Shown: positions 1 to 9,838 of the stretch, piece by piece
How the letters are laid out: every line of letters begins with the position of its first letter
Position numbering within the stretch: position 1 is the first letter of the stretch
Origin: a virus
Lineage: Duplodnaviria > Caudoviricetes
Direction: 5' to 3' (one strand)
Length of the DNA: 64,000 nucleotides
IMG/VR virus record: IMGVR_UViG_3300025735_000007
Location: 1 to 64,000 of that record
Position numbers and translations under genes: made by a program
The notes under the pieces: generated by a model
Databases searched by the model: none
What the model saw: only the letters and a program-made list of their open reading frames with translations
What the model was told of the DNA's origin: nothing

Positions 1-2
1 CT

Positions 3-464
3 GCGATTCTTGCCTTTGAGGGCAGACGCGCGAGCCTACAGATTGACGAAATAATGATGGTCGAAGCAATGCGCAAGGTGATGGCTGTGCACCGCGCGAC
101 GATTCGTTATCGACACGTCAAAGGCCACACGAACGGGGGAGAACCCCGCTTGTGGGTGAACAACCTTTGCGACGCGCTGGCGAAGAAGGGCATGCGCGAG
201 GCGCGCATGAATCTGCGCGGTAAGCGCGAACCTTCGCGAGCGCCCGTTAAGACCGTGCCGGAGCGCTATGTGCCCGAGCATCGAAAAGCCGAGCGCGAGC
301 AGGACCAAAACAACCGGCGGGCCTTCGCCTTTCAATTTGATCACGAGGAGTGGAATCGCTATGTTATGGACCCCCGGCTTTCATCAATATCGCCTTGGGA
401 AGAACAAGAGCCGACTGAACAGCCTGTGGCTCGGAACAGTGTGGGCCTTTCTGACGCTGCCTGA
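3..464 (+). CDS. rnhA: Ribonuclease HI-like protein, 5'-truncated by the window edge
   Basis: Frame is open from position 3. It contains the RNase H C-terminal motif RHVKGH...N..CD.LA. Confidence 0.8.
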   Translation, partial: AILAFEGRRASLQIDEIMMVEAMRKVMAVHRATIRYRHVKGHTNGGEPRLWVNNLCDALAKKGMREARMNLRGKREPSRAPVKTVPERYVPEHRKAEREQDQNNRRAFAFQFDHEEWNRYVMDPRLSSISPWEEQEPTEQPVARNSVGLSDAA

Positions 465-681
465 GATTCTGTTGTTCAATTGGCTTGTGCCGAGTCTCGC
501 CCGTCCGAGCACTGTGCTCGTGCGGACGTGGGCAACGCTCATCCTCATCATCAAGCTGCCGGTGTTCGGGCTGCTCTGTGGCGTGACGAGCGAAAACGTG
601 ACGATCGAGGAGCTCTCGCGCAGACTGCGGGCGCTCCAGTGATCGGTCTTTAGACTTGAACCTGTAGAGAGAGCAACGCGT

Positions 682-879
682 ATGGCTGGTTTTAGCTTTG
701 ACTGCGGTAGCAACATGGATGAGAGCGATGTGCAGTGCTCGACCGTGCTCGCGGGTGCACCGGATGCCGAGTCGGGCACGCCCGGCGCGTCCACGCTGGT
801 GTTCACCGCAACGTGCCGGGGCTGTAACGCGCAGCGTGTCGGCTACCTCTCGTCGGGCGACATGACGACGATTGCGTAG
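682..879 (+). CDS. Small Cys-containing hypothetical protein
   Basis: 65 aa ORF with purine-rich upstream sequence. No recognisable family. Confidence 0.4.
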   Translation: MAGFSFDCGSNMDESDVQCSTVLAGAPDAESGTPGASTLVFTATCRGCNAQRVGYLSSGDMTTIA

Positions 880-886
880 GTAGGAC

Positions 887-916
887 CAAACGGGCAAAAA
901 AAATTTTGCCCGTTTG
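887..916. terminator. Perfect 13-bp inverted repeat (hairpin/terminator-like)
   Basis: caaacgggcaaaa (887-899) pairs with ttttgcccgtttg (904-916). Confidence 0.5.
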
Positions 917-918
917 CA

Positions 919-936
919 TAAGTAAGCAGTTACCGA
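919..936. promoter_or_regulatory. 18-bp palindromic operator-like site (degenerate)
   Basis: taagtaag-ca-gttaccga, next to TATACT (940-945), upstream of ORF 959. Confidence 0.55.
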
Positions 937-958
937 TTCTATACTAAAAAGGAAGCCG

Positions 959-1183
959 ATGGACAAGCGGCGACGGGACTACCGAATTTATGCAAGAGCC
1001 CCGCGCCACAAGGGCTTCAAGGTAATGGACATGCACCGAATGGTGCGGGTGAACAGAATAAGTGAAGCGACGACCTATTGGGCGCGAACCGACGCCGAAG
1101 CAGAAAAGCTGCGGAAGATGTGTCGGGAATTGAACGCTGACCACCCCGGTTGGCATTTCGAATTGAGGGAAGTGAAAACATGA
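959..1183 (+). CDS. Hypothetical phage protein
   Basis: AAGGAAG RBS. Overlaps the next ORF by ATGA. Confidence 0.7.
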   Translation: MDKRRRDYRIYARAPRHKGFKVMDMHRMVRVNRISEATTYWARTDAEAEKLRKMCRELNADHPGWHFELREVKT

Positions 1184-1515
1184 GCGACGAAGCACGGGCA
1201 CGCGTTCCGCTGACGAACGAGCAGCGGGAGGTGATCCACGCAGTTGTCGCGCGCAACGGCGGCTACCGGATAGGACTGTTAGACGAAATGTTCTCCGCTC
1301 TTCTTGCCACTGATGCACATACGTGGTCCGTTCCGCCAATGCTCGAGGGCGCATGGCGCGTGACGATGGGAAATGGCCGCCAGTTCCTCGTGCACAGCAG
1401 CGCCAAGGTGCACATCGCGCTGAGCTGCGGCTACACCGTCGAACAGATCCATCCCGAAGCCGAAGCTGCGTCGGGACAATCGAATCAATGCAAAAACACG
1501 GGGAACCAAGCATGA
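1180..1515 (+). CDS. Hypothetical phage protein
   Basis: ATGA coupling to genes on both sides. Confidence 0.7.
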   Translation: MSDEARARVPLTNEQREVIHAVVARNGGYRIGLLDEMFSALLATDAHTWSVPPMLEGAWRVTMGNGRQFLVHSSAKVHIALSCGYTVEQIHPEAEAASGQSNQCKNTGNQA

Positions 1516-2270
1516 GCGATAGACAGGACTGGACCACGATGACCGCCGAGCAACTGATCGCGCGTGGTCACAAGCCGGTGATGATCCAGCACACCGAAAA
1601 AGAGGGCTGGCAGGAGGTCGGCGATGCTCCGACGACGCCTGCGATCGCTAAGCCGGCCGAACATCTGAAGGGCCACAAGTCGATCGCCGAAATGGTCTCG
1701 ACGCATACCTCGGTGTGGCGTGAAGCGCTTGCGCACATGCTGACCAACAAGGCATACGACCGGGCTTACGTCGAGCACGAGCTGAAGGCGCTGGGTGATA
1801 TTGAAGTCGCCTGCGCGGCGGAGCAAAGCCCGCTCAACGCATTCGAAGTGATCAAGGCGGCTATGCAGGCTGACCCGGCCTACGCGTGGGCTTGGCACTG
1901 CAACATTGCGATGGCGTTCTATGACGCCGCGGGCGAAACGCTGAACAAGCACCAGATCGGCAACGAGGGCGCCGCGCGTTTCATGCGCGTTGCGTTCGAT
2001 GTGGACGTGACGCAGTTCCCGGAATATCAAGCGCTCGTCAAGGGCTGGGCGATGTTGGAGGTGGTCGAACCGGGCCTGCCGCAGAAGGGTCAAGTTTGGC
2101 TCGACCGCTCAGGTGACCGCTATACCGTGGTCGGCATGACGTCGGGGCCCGATGCGGGCAAGGCCGACATATTCCCGCGCGCAGTGTTCTATCGAGGCCC
2201 GGATGGTCGCGAGTGGGCGCGCACGCTTGACAGCTGGAACGAGAGTTTCACCCGCGAGGTGCAGTCATGA
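1512..2270 (+). CDS. Multi-domain hypothetical protein with a DUF1653-like C-terminus
   Basis: ATGA-coupled. C-terminal GDRYTVVG...VFYRGPDGREWAR resembles DUF1653. Confidence 0.65.
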   Translation: MSDRQDWTTMTAEQLIARGHKPVMIQHTEKEGWQEVGDAPTTPAIAKPAEHLKGHKSIAEMVSTHTSVWREALAHMLTNKAYDRAYVEHELKALGDIEVACAAEQSPLNAFEVIKAAMQADPAYAWAWHCNIAMAFYDAAGETLNKHQIGNEGAARFMRVAFDVDVTQFPEYQALVKGWAMLEVVEPGLPQKGQVWLDRSGDRYTVVGMTSGPDAGKADIFPRAVFYRGPDGREWARTLDSWNESFTREVQS

Positions 2271-2689
2271 GCCGCGGTGAAATCCCAAATCACAAGAGCC
2301 ACCTGTCCGAAGCCGGGCAGCGGCACTACATCGATCAGGAGACGATCCTGTCGACGCACCCGGTCCGTCAGGGCCGCCTGGTCGCGGAAAGGAACTTCGC
2401 AGCGTATGACGCGGCCGCGGTCCTCGTCGGTGAGCGCCATGCGAAGGGCGACCTCGTGGATCTCGTCGGGCACCTGCTTGCGACGTTGGATGCGACATGC
2501 GCTGCGCCTAACGCGGCGGTTCCCGCAATCCAGTTCGCGCTCGAGGCGGACGAGGGCATGACGTGGCTGCTGCTGTGGAATGAGGGCGAGTTCGAAGCGT
2601 GCCGCCGCGAGTGGCCTGAAGCGCCCGACGACTGCTACATCGGCGCGGATCAGTTCTTCACGCCGACACCCGAAGGAACAGCGCGATGA
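2267..2689 (+). CDS. Hypothetical phage protein
   Basis: ATGA-coupled, with GGAGGT-like RBS. Confidence 0.7.
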   Translation: MSRGEIPNHKSHLSEAGQRHYIDQETILSTHPVRQGRLVAERNFAAYDAAAVLVGERHAKGDLVDLVGHLLATLDATCAAPNAAVPAIQFALEADEGMTWLLLWNEGEFEACRREWPEAPDDCYIGADQFFTPTPEGTAR

Positions 2690-3240
2690 CGCCCGAACAA
2701 CGCGAGCAACTGGAGTTCATCGGGCGCTGCGATCCGACGTTCCTGATCATGCACGTCAAGGAGCGCACCAGCTTCGACGCGAAGCTGCTGGAGCGGGTGT
2801 TCGAGCTGGCGAAGACGCAGGCTCGCACGCTTCTGGCTCAGACGTCAGACGCCGCCAATGGGGCAATGGGGGAGCAGGAAGCGTTGCTGCGCAAGATTCG
2901 CATTGCCTGTGAATCGCGGTTCGTGAAGATGGGCGGCGACTATGAGCTTGGGGCGAATCAGGTGGCGCGCGACGTGGTGCGGTTGCTGGACCAATCCCGC
3001 GCCGCACTCACCGCCCAAAAGGTGGCGGGTCAGGTCAAGCCCGCACCATCTGCCGAGATAGACCTGTCGGCAGGGAACTGGGCGCCGGTCTTTCACGCCG
3101 CGTTTCGCCACGCTGGCAATTCACCACGCGCGAACCGTATCCACGCTGAGATTGCTGATATGCCCGACCGGGAATGGCTAGACATCGTTGACTACGTGCT
3201 CATCGGCATCCGCAGAAAGCTCAAGGACAAAAAATCATGA
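2686..3240 (+). CDS. Hypothetical phage protein
   Basis: ATGA-coupled in the operon. Confidence 0.7.
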   Translation: MTPEQREQLEFIGRCDPTFLIMHVKERTSFDAKLLERVFELAKTQARTLLAQTSDAANGAMGEQEALLRKIRIACESRFVKMGGDYELGANQVARDVVRLLDQSRAALTAQKVAGQVKPAPSAEIDLSAGNWAPVFHAAFRHAGNSPRANRIHAEIADMPDREWLDIVDYVLIGIRRKLKDKKS

Positions 3241-3581
3241 TGACACTCGTGCAGTTTTACCTGACCAAGATCGCCGAAGAGGCGAGCGAGGTCGCAAAGA
3301 TCGCCTTGAAGGCGCAGCAGTTCGGTCTATCCGAGGTGCAGCCGGGGCGCGACCAGTCCAACGCTCAGCGCATGTATGGCGAGCTCAACGACCTGCTTGC
3401 AATGGTTCACCGGCTCGGCGAGGTGTCGAATGGCGAGTTCTTCTTCGACATCGGTGCCCCGGATCACGTTGCCGTAGCGACGAAACTGGGCAAGGTCGAA
3501 AAGTATCTCGCCTATTCGCGCTCGCTACATCTGGTGGAAGGCGGCGAGCCGAGCGTGCGATGGGCTGTCCCGAGGAATTGA
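3237..3581 (+). CDS. MazG-like all-alpha NTP pyrophosphohydrolase
   Basis: EEASEV...ELNDL matches the EExxE...ExxD metal-binding pattern. Confidence 0.6.
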   Translation: MMTLVQFYLTKIAEEASEVAKIALKAQQFGLSEVQPGRDQSNAQRMYGELNDLLAMVHRLGEVSNGEFFFDIGAPDHVAVATKLGKVEKYLAYSRSLHLVEGGEPSVRWAVPRN

Positions 3582-3826
3582 GTCAGCTCTATGCAGCGCT
3601 CGAAGCGGGCGACCACAAGCTCGCCGAGAAAATCTACCTGCAGTGCGAGGCTGATGCTAAGAGGTTGCTGCCGGCCGTCAAGGAGGTGCCATTCGCAGTG
3701 CGCAACCGGTTCGAGCAAGCCGTTTTTAGGCGCGACTATCCGCAACGCGAGAAACCGCCGCTCTACCGCAACCATGAGCGCGGTCACGCGTCGACCTATT
3801 TGGACCCAGCAGTGGAGCTCGAGTGA
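3560..3826 (+). CDS. Hypothetical protein (start uncertain, 3560 or 3578)
   Basis: 3' part of the 3188..3826 frame, following the MazG-like gene. Confidence 0.5.
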   Translation: MGCPEELSQLYAALEAGDHKLAEKIYLQCEADAKRLLPAVKEVPFAVRNRFEQAVFRRDYPQREKPPLYRNHERGHASTYLDPAVELE

Positions 3827-4272
3827 CAAACTGAGCTGCCGCGCGAACTGTAGGCGACGACGTGCGCATTTTCAAGTTAACGGATATCGGTAGATGGATG
3901 GGCGCGATTTTCGCAACGTAGTTCGTGAAAAAAAATAAAAAGCGGTTTAAATTGAGTGCAAGGGATGCGAGCGGAATCTGCAAGCAAAACGAGGACCGAC
4001 ATGGTGACGCATGTCGGCGGGAAACCCTTGTCTTGAGGAAAGCCAGTGAATAATTGGCCTGAGTTGGGAATCGCCGTGTTGCACGTAGCACTCGGCGTTA
4101 TGCAATTCGTTGCGGTGTTCATAAAAGCCTGACCCCGCGTCTTTAACCGGCCTGATTAAGTTCGGGCCACTTTCTTGAATATGCACGCCTTGACTATAGC
4201 ACCAAGCTCAGGGTTGTTGATTTCTTTTGCGGTAGCGGTGGCTTGCTGCTGCACTGTTGGGAGGTGTGGACA

Positions 4273-4752
4273 ATGAGCATTGCATTCGTCAGTAAGGAAG
4301 GCCACCTGTTACAGCAGGTGGAGTGGCAGCGCCTGCAGCAGGACCACACCTACCGGTTCTTCAAGGAGTTCGAGAACACGCGCATTCACGCGACCTGCGA
4401 GTGGCTGGGTATCCAGCGCAACAGCAAGACGATCCCGCGCAACCACTGGAAGCTCTACCGGCTGAACGTCGAGAATATCGTCACGACCGACGGCGAGGGC
4501 CGCCCGCTGGACGCGCCGCGTCGCACACCGGACCCGCAGATGACGCGCGAGTTCCGCACCCAGCAGCAGTGCATCGACGCCTATGAGGATCTGCTGGTGC
4601 GCTATGCCGACTGCGAATGGTTGCCGTCGAGCACGGGCGAGGGCGGTCGCCAGTTCGTCGAGAAGGGAAACATACTCGTGCCTCCGCCGCCCGACGTGCC
4701 CGATACGCGCGGGATGGATCAGGACATCGCCGAGCTGGCCGGCAGCTGGTAA
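4273..4752 (+). CDS. Hypothetical phage protein
   Basis: GGAGGT RBS, typical codon usage, terminators downstream. Confidence 0.75.
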   Translation: MSIAFVSKEGHLLQQVEWQRLQQDHTYRFFKEFENTRIHATCEWLGIQRNSKTIPRNHWKLYRLNVENIVTTDGEGRPLDAPRRTPDPQMTREFRTQQQCIDAYEDLLVRYADCEWLPSSTGEGGRQFVEKGNILVPPPPDVPDTRGMDQDIAELAGSW

Positions 4753-4786
4753 CCATACCAAACGGGGAATGTGGCTTGATGCCAAT

Positions 4787-4814
4787 GAAAACGGCACCTA
4801 AAAGGTGCCGTTTT
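4787..4814. terminator. Bidirectional intrinsic terminator
   Basis: aaaacggcacct-aaa-aggtgccgtttt. Confidence 0.7.
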
Positions 4815-4838
4815 GCTGTGCCGAAGGCGATAAGAGGG

Positions 4839-4867
4839 CGGGGTGTCCTTTGGCACCCCGTCTTTTT
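4839..4867 (+). terminator. Intrinsic terminator
   Basis: cggggtg...caccccg followed by tcttttt. Confidence 0.6.
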
Positions 4868-4887
4868 ATCGTCCTAGACTCCTAAGT

Positions 4888-4974
4888 TCAGGACTTGATT
4901 ATTCCTTCTTGCTTCCACTTCAGATAAAGCTCGTGCATTGCACGATGGAAGTAATACAGGGTGTAGTCATACAT
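4888..4974 (-). CDS. Putative 28-aa peptide MYDYTLYYFHRAMHELYLKWKQEGIIKS
   Basis: Read by hand on the minus strand. GGAG lies 9 nt upstream of the ATG, in an AT-rich island. Confidence 0.4.
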   Translation of the reverse strand: MYDYTLYYFHRAMHELYLKWKQEGIIKS

Positions 4975-5317
4975 GATTTGAATCTCCAAATTGCCAATTA
5001 ACAAAGAAGCCAATGTTCCATTATTGGAACGTTTTGGCTCGCCGATACTAGCTGAAATCCAACCCCGCGTAAAGCCTGCCTAGCAGGCACTGCTATTCGC
5101 GCGCCCGCGCACCTTCCCAATCAGCGATTCACGCATCCAGCGCACGAGGCTTTGCGCCATAAACCCGTCTCTAAAGTAACACCTGTCGCAAGCAATGCGC
5201 GACACGAAACGGGAAGGGCAAAGCGATCCTGAACTGCGAGATACGCGCCTCAACCCGATCAGCAAAATGATTCTGACGCGATGAACGCGTGAACCCAATC
5301 TCACTCAGGAGAGAACC

Positions 5318-6385
5318 ATGCAAGCCACGAAGAACACCCGCCGCACCTCGAAGAAAGCCACCGCCGAAGCGAAGGTCAACATGCTGGGCGCAGCCGAAGC
5401 CGCACCGATGGACGCGGACCTCGCAGCGCTGCTGAATGTCCTCGAAGTCCCGGGCACCGCACCGCTGGCCGAAACGGCCGCTCCCGCGATCGAGGTGCAA
5501 GCCGAGCCCGACGTCATCGAGTCGGGCCACGTCGAGTCGCTGGAGCTGTCCGACGTCGCCGATGCACTCGACGCGTCCGACGTCGTGCTGCCCGAGGTGA
5601 TCGCCGCGCTGCCGTCCGACACGGTGCTCGATGAAGTCGTCGCCGGCATCGAAGTGCAGGAACACTATGCGCTCGCCGCCGCAGACGCAGCGCCGCTCGA
5701 AGGTGCAAGCGCTGAAGAAATCGCGGCCGCGGGCGTCGAGAGCGCAGCAGCGCCGGCCGCCGAAGAAGGTGCCGCAGTTGCAGCGCCGAAAGCCGCGCGC
5801 GCTCCCCGCGTGCACTACCAGAACAAAACCGACCGTATCAAAGCGCGGCTGGGCGCGAACTTGGGCGACTACCTCGTGCTGGAAATCGCCGACGCGTCGC
5901 TCGAAGGTGACGCCTTGAAAGCGAAGCAGGATGAGACACTCGCGGTGATCGACGCGATGTCCGTGAAGGTGAAGAATCGCGCCTCGCTGCTGATGGACTT
6001 TCTGTCGGGCAAGACAGCGAAGCCGAACGAGATCCTGAAGCGCGCGCTCGACGTGCTCGCCGCCGACGGGAAGATCACGACCGGCGACAAGGGCAATCTC
6101 CACCTGAATCTGCTCGCCAAGCCTTACTCGGTGAGCGCGGCGCGCGCGATGGGCCGCAACACGCTGACGGTCATGGAGAAGACGAAGATGATCGTGGCGG
6201 GCGCCAAGGGCGAGTTCCTCCCGAATCCGCAGTCGCTCTTTCTCGCGATGGCACAGCAGATGTTGAACCCGGCGAGCGAGCCGCTGCCGGAAGAGCCGGG
6301 CGTCGAAACACCGGCGGCCGCTGAGTCTGCTCCGGTCGAGCCAGTGGTCGAAGAACCGGCAGCAGAAACCGCGGCGGCTGAATGA
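5318..6385 (+). CDS. Hypothetical protein with acidic Ala/Glu-rich termini and a basic globular core
   Basis: AGGAGA RBS, strong codon bias, terminator after the stop. Confidence 0.85.
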   Translation: MQATKNTRRTSKKATAEAKVNMLGAAEAAPMDADLAALLNVLEVPGTAPLAETAAPAIEVQAEPDVIESGHVESLELSDVADALDASDVVLPEVIAALPSDTVLDEVVAGIEVQEHYALAAADAAPLEGASAEEIAAAGVESAAAPAAEEGAAVAAPKAARAPRVHYQNKTDRIKARLGANLGDYLVLEIADASLEGDALKAKQDETLAVIDAMSVKVKNRASLLMDFLSGKTAKPNEILKRALDVLAADGKITTGDKGNLHLNLLAKPYSVSAARAMGRNTLTVMEKTKMIVAGAKGEFLPNPQSLFLAMAQQMLNPASEPLPEEPGVETPAAAESAPVEPVVEEPAAETAAAE

Positions 6386-6403
6386 CCGGTGCGGCAGTGA
6401 CAG

Positions 6404-6425
6404 AAGCGGGCTTCGGCCCGCTTTT
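6404..6425 (+). terminator. Intrinsic terminator
   Basis: aagcgggc-ttcg-gcccgctttt. Confidence 0.8.
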
Positions 6426-6605
6426 CTCTTTCGTGCCCAGCTCCGCGGCGCCTGCGCGCCACCCCTCCCCAACTCGCCCATACCTCGACACCTGCCCGAC
6501 CTGCGAGCGGTAGGCAGCGCGCGGCGCGTCGGTAAGAAGTTGCGCAGTGCCCGCAACATCTTGCGCACGATCTTCGAACGCATCTTCCGCGGTGGCTATA
6601 CTGGA

Positions 6606-6623
6606 TCAATAAGCAGTGACTTA
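6606..6623. promoter_or_regulatory. Operator-like site (one perfect half-site)
   Basis: tcaataag-ca-gtgactta, just after TATACT (6597-6602). Confidence 0.5.
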
Positions 6624-6669
6624 TGTTCGCCGCACAATCGAAATCAGAATGGTTTCATCGAAACCACCA

Positions 6670-7323
6670 ATGAGCCGCAGCAATGATCGTCCGCAAATTC
6701 GTCCTCAAAGAACACCGGGAGACCGGTTTGTCGGCTGGCGCCCGTCGTGGCTGCCGCACTTCGACCCTATGGAAGGCTTGGGCGTGGCGCATGACACGCT
6801 GGAGCACATGGGGAGCGACAAGGGCACCGTGGAGGAGGAGTTCATGGCGTTCGGCGCAATCGTCTGGATTCGTGAGGGCAGCGGCTGGTTTCAGCGACAT
6901 TCGCCGCATCAGCCAGACGTCGCTACGCAGATGGAAGGCGACTTCGCAGAGAACGCGCACTACCTCGACGGGATGAAGTTGCGAGCCGCGCCGGCGACAC
7001 GCCGGCTCGATGAGGACTGGGCTGAGAGCGCCATCGAGCGCTGCGTCGAGCAGGGCATGAGACTCCTTCGGTCAGAGTTTCCCGGGATCAGTCACCTGAT
7101 CGAGCCGCAGGACGCCCATAGCTACATGCGCATGGGTTATCGGCGCACCGCGCGGCGCTTTGCTCACACGAGCGAATGGCGCATTGCGGAGCTGTTCGAC
7201 CGGATTGCTTCGCGCGCGAGCCGCGAGCTCGAGGACGCAGAGGATGAGGGAGCGGAGCTGATCGTGCGCGTGGACACGCGCAGACATCAGGTGCACGTCG
7301 AGCGGTCCAACCGATACGACTGA
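6670..7323 (+). CDS. Hypothetical phage protein
   Basis: Long ORF downstream of a promoter/operator. Contains an HDxxEH motif (possible metal site). Confidence 0.7.
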   Translation: MSRSNDRPQIRPQRTPGDRFVGWRPSWLPHFDPMEGLGVAHDTLEHMGSDKGTVEEEFMAFGAIVWIREGSGWFQRHSPHQPDVATQMEGDFAENAHYLDGMKLRAAPATRRLDEDWAESAIERCVEQGMRLLRSEFPGISHLIEPQDAHSYMRMGYRRTARRFAHTSEWRIAELFDRIASRASRELEDAEDEGAELIVRVDTRRHQVHVERSNRYD

Positions 7324-7389
7324 CGTCCGCACGGGCGCCACACCGGCGTCTCGACAATTCATTCATCGCAACCACAACGGGAAACGACC

Positions 7390-8022
7390 GTGACTGCCAA
7401 ATACACCGAGCGGGCGAACGCCATCGCTCAAGCGCTGGGTGGGGCCGCTGAGCCACAAAGCGCGGAGCATCAGAATGGCCACTTCTTCATCAAGCTGCCC
7501 GGGCGCGATCCGGACGCGCGCCTGCTGCTCCGCTTCGAGCCGTATCGCATGAAGGGCCGCGTCGCCATTACGACAAGCTGGCCGCTGAAAACGCGCGACG
7601 GCCATCAGGCTGTTCCGAGTAACTACGTTCCTCTTCACAAGGTGGTGGAGCTGGATTACCAGCATGAGATCACCGCCGCGCTGACAAAACGCGACGAGCA
7701 GATCGCGGCAGACATCAAGCGCCGCATGCTCGAACCCTACCTTGCCGTGCTCAAGCTCACGCGCGAAGGGCTGCAACGCGAGGAAACCGAAGAGGACGAG
7801 CGCGACGTAATGGTGGCACGCCTCGCGGGTGTGGCCGGCGTGGAATTGACCAACTACTGCAAGCAGTTGCGCCGCTTCTCCCGTTTCGACTCAACGACGA
7901 CACGCTCACTCGAAGTGGACGCGAGCAGTGACACCCTCACCGTGACGCTCAAGTGGGTCACGCCCGAGATAGCCGAGAAGGCAATCGCGTTGTTCGTCGA
8001 CAACCTGCCGAATGGAGCCTGA
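7390..8022 (+). CDS. Hypothetical phage protein
   Basis: 210 aa ORF with GTG start. Confidence 0.7.
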   Translation: MTAKYTERANAIAQALGGAAEPQSAEHQNGHFFIKLPGRDPDARLLLRFEPYRMKGRVAITTSWPLKTRDGHQAVPSNYVPLHKVVELDYQHEITAALTKRDEQIAADIKRRMLEPYLAVLKLTREGLQREETEEDERDVMVARLAGVAGVELTNYCKQLRRFSRFDSTTTRSLEVDASSDTLTVTLKWVTPEIAEKAIALFVDNLPNGA

Positions 8023-8023
8023 C

Positions 8024-8302
8024 ATGGGCAAGAAACGCAAGGCGCTTGCGCGCCAACAGGAGATTCTCGCTGACATCGCCTTCAACGTGGGCCACAAGTG
8101 GGCGCAGACCGGCCGGGAGGTAACTGACAGGATTCTGAACTCGTTAGAGGGCTCGCGTGGACTCTCCGCCCGAATGATCGAGTGGGCAGTCGAGTTCGAT
8201 ACGGCCTGGGAAGCGGGCGAGGTGGATCTCGAAAATTACATCGGCGAAATCGACGAGTTCTCGGACGCGAAGTTCGCTGAACTGGTCCGTGACCACTCGT
8301 AA
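8024..8302 (+). CDS. Hypothetical phage protein
   Basis: GGAG RBS, adjacent to the previous stop. Confidence 0.7.
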   Translation: MGKKRKALARQQEILADIAFNVGHKWAQTGREVTDRILNSLEGSRGLSARMIEWAVEFDTAWEAGEVDLENYIGEIDEFSDAKFAELVRDHS

Positions 8303-8372
8303 TGCTTCCACCGGGGCGCCATACAGGCGTCCCGAAAATGAACGCATTGACAACAAACGCGAGAGCGAAACG

Positions 8373-8918
8373 ATGACCCCGACTGTCCAGAACGACACGC
8401 CTTACGCCTACGCCTTTGCGCGCAACGCGTATGACTTCGCCGAGATCAAGATCGAACTGCGCCGCCTGGTGCGTCACGCTACCTACAAGGATCACATCTA
8501 CAGCTCCACGCTGGTAGTCCGCTGCTACGTGAGCGACGCGTTCCCGCACGCATACGGCGTGAAGTTCTGCCTCGACAGCGGCGATCAGCTCGAGATGTCC
8601 GAACTCGACGCGGCACACAAGCTGATGACGGGCATCGCCAAGAAGCTCAAGAAGATGGAGCAGGAGCTCGGCTACGTGCCTGAAGGCAACCTGCCCGAGT
8701 TCGCGCGCCGCGTGCTGGTCGGGACGGGTATCCGCACGGTGTTCTACGAGCGCAAGCACCAGCAGGGCGCCGTCGATCGCAACGGGCTGAATCTGAAGGA
8801 TGGGATTTTCGGGCTGCCGCAGGTCGACCCGCGCGACGGCAAGGACTTCCTGTCTAAGATCGGTGGACTGGTAGAGGACACCCTGTCGAAGAAGGCAAAG
8901 AAGAAGGAGGCCGCATGA
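8373..8918 (+). CDS. Hypothetical phage protein
   Basis: Coupled to the next gene. Confidence 0.7.
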   Translation: MTPTVQNDTPYAYAFARNAYDFAEIKIELRRLVRHATYKDHIYSSTLVVRCYVSDAFPHAYGVKFCLDSGDQLEMSELDAAHKLMTGIAKKLKKMEQELGYVPEGNLPEFARRVLVGTGIRTVFYERKHQQGAVDRNGLNLKDGIFGLPQVDPRDGKDFLSKIGGLVEDTLSKKAKKKEAA

Positions 8919-9355
8919 CCACCGCCCCAACGCAGGTCCAGATGTATTACGCCGCCGAGCGCCGCTCGGCCGAGGTCAGCGAGACCTTCCTTGAGCTCGT
9001 AAAGGATGGGCTCACGCGCGAGGATCTGGCGCGCAATATCGAACGCCGCCCGTCGCTGTGGGCGCGCTTCGAGCACTGGCTGCCGCACCTCCCGAGCCAG
9101 AAGCCATTCCAAGAACGCCCATGCGCTGCCGCGGGCCTGACGAGCTATCGCTACAAGGGCCGCTACGGCTGGATGATGATCGGCGCGACCGACCATGCGG
9201 ACGCATTGCGCGAGGCGCAGCGCGGCACCGACGCCAATGTGACAGTGGAGAACCTACAGATCTGGAGCGGCAGCGAATACGTGCCGGTCAAGGCCGCAGT
9301 CCAGGAACCGTTCGCAGATGTCCTCAAGCGTGCCGTCGCGCGGTCGGGACAATAG
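8915..9355 (+). CDS. Hypothetical phage protein
   Basis: AAGGAGG RBS, ATGA coupling. Confidence 0.75.
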   Translation: MTTAPTQVQMYYAAERRSAEVSETFLELVKDGLTREDLARNIERRPSLWARFEHWLPHLPSQKPFQERPCAAAGLTSYRYKGRYGWMMIGATDHADALREAQRGTDANVTVENLQIWSGSEYVPVKAAVQEPFADVLKRAVARSGQ

Positions 9356-9387
9356 AACAATCGAAACAGCGCACGGGAGCGCTAACC

Positions 9388-9621
9388 ATGAGCAAGAGCC
9401 AATTCAACGTGATGCTGGACGTCACGGTGTTCGACCAAATCGCGCTTTACGGCGCCGCGCTGACGCACGCACTCGCCACGGGCAGCACCGAAAGCGAGTC
9501 GATCGATCTCCTCAAGCCGGAAGGCGAGATCGATGTGTCCGCGTGTCTGATCATGCTGCTCGATCCGGGCGTGTCGCCGTCGGGCATCCAGATCGAAAGC
9601 TGCACGGTGGAGAGCTACTGA
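9388..9621 (+). CDS. Hypothetical phage protein
   Basis: GGGAG RBS. Confidence 0.65.
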   Translation: MSKSQFNVMLDVTVFDQIALYGAALTHALATGSTESESIDLLKPEGEIDVSACLIMLLDPGVSPSGIQIESCTVESY

Positions 9622-9622
9622 C

Positions 9623-9838
9623 ATGGCATGCCTCACCAACTACACGGTGCAGTGCCGCGACGTGACGAGCGGCACGACGGGCTGCTTCCTGTTTGACACC
9701 GAACACTGGCAGCGCACGGGTGAATTCAAGGCTGTGTCGCCGGTTTTCCCGGGCCTTGTCGAGTTCTACGAGTGGGACCGCGCGAACGGCGACAGCCGCG
9801 TGTCCTGCTACCTCGAACGAATCACGGAGAAGCAATGA
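9623..9838 (+). CDS. Hypothetical phage protein
   Basis: Tightly packed in the operon. Confidence 0.65.
   Translation: MACLTNYTVQCRDVTSGTTGCFLFDTEHWQRTGEFKAVSPVFPGLVEFYEWDRANGDSRVSCYLERITEKQ

Noticed and set aside
3830-4240. Protein-coding gene or ncRNA in the 3.8-4.2 kb gap
   Set aside because: Several short overlapping ORFs and small hairpins exist, but none has a convincing RBS, codon bias or recognisable RNA family.
5140-5240. c-di-GMP-I riboswitch or other known leader RNA upstream of ORF 5318
   Set aside because: Nested stems and GGCAAA are present, but the order of conserved GEMM elements does not match by eye. An Rfam scan would be needed.
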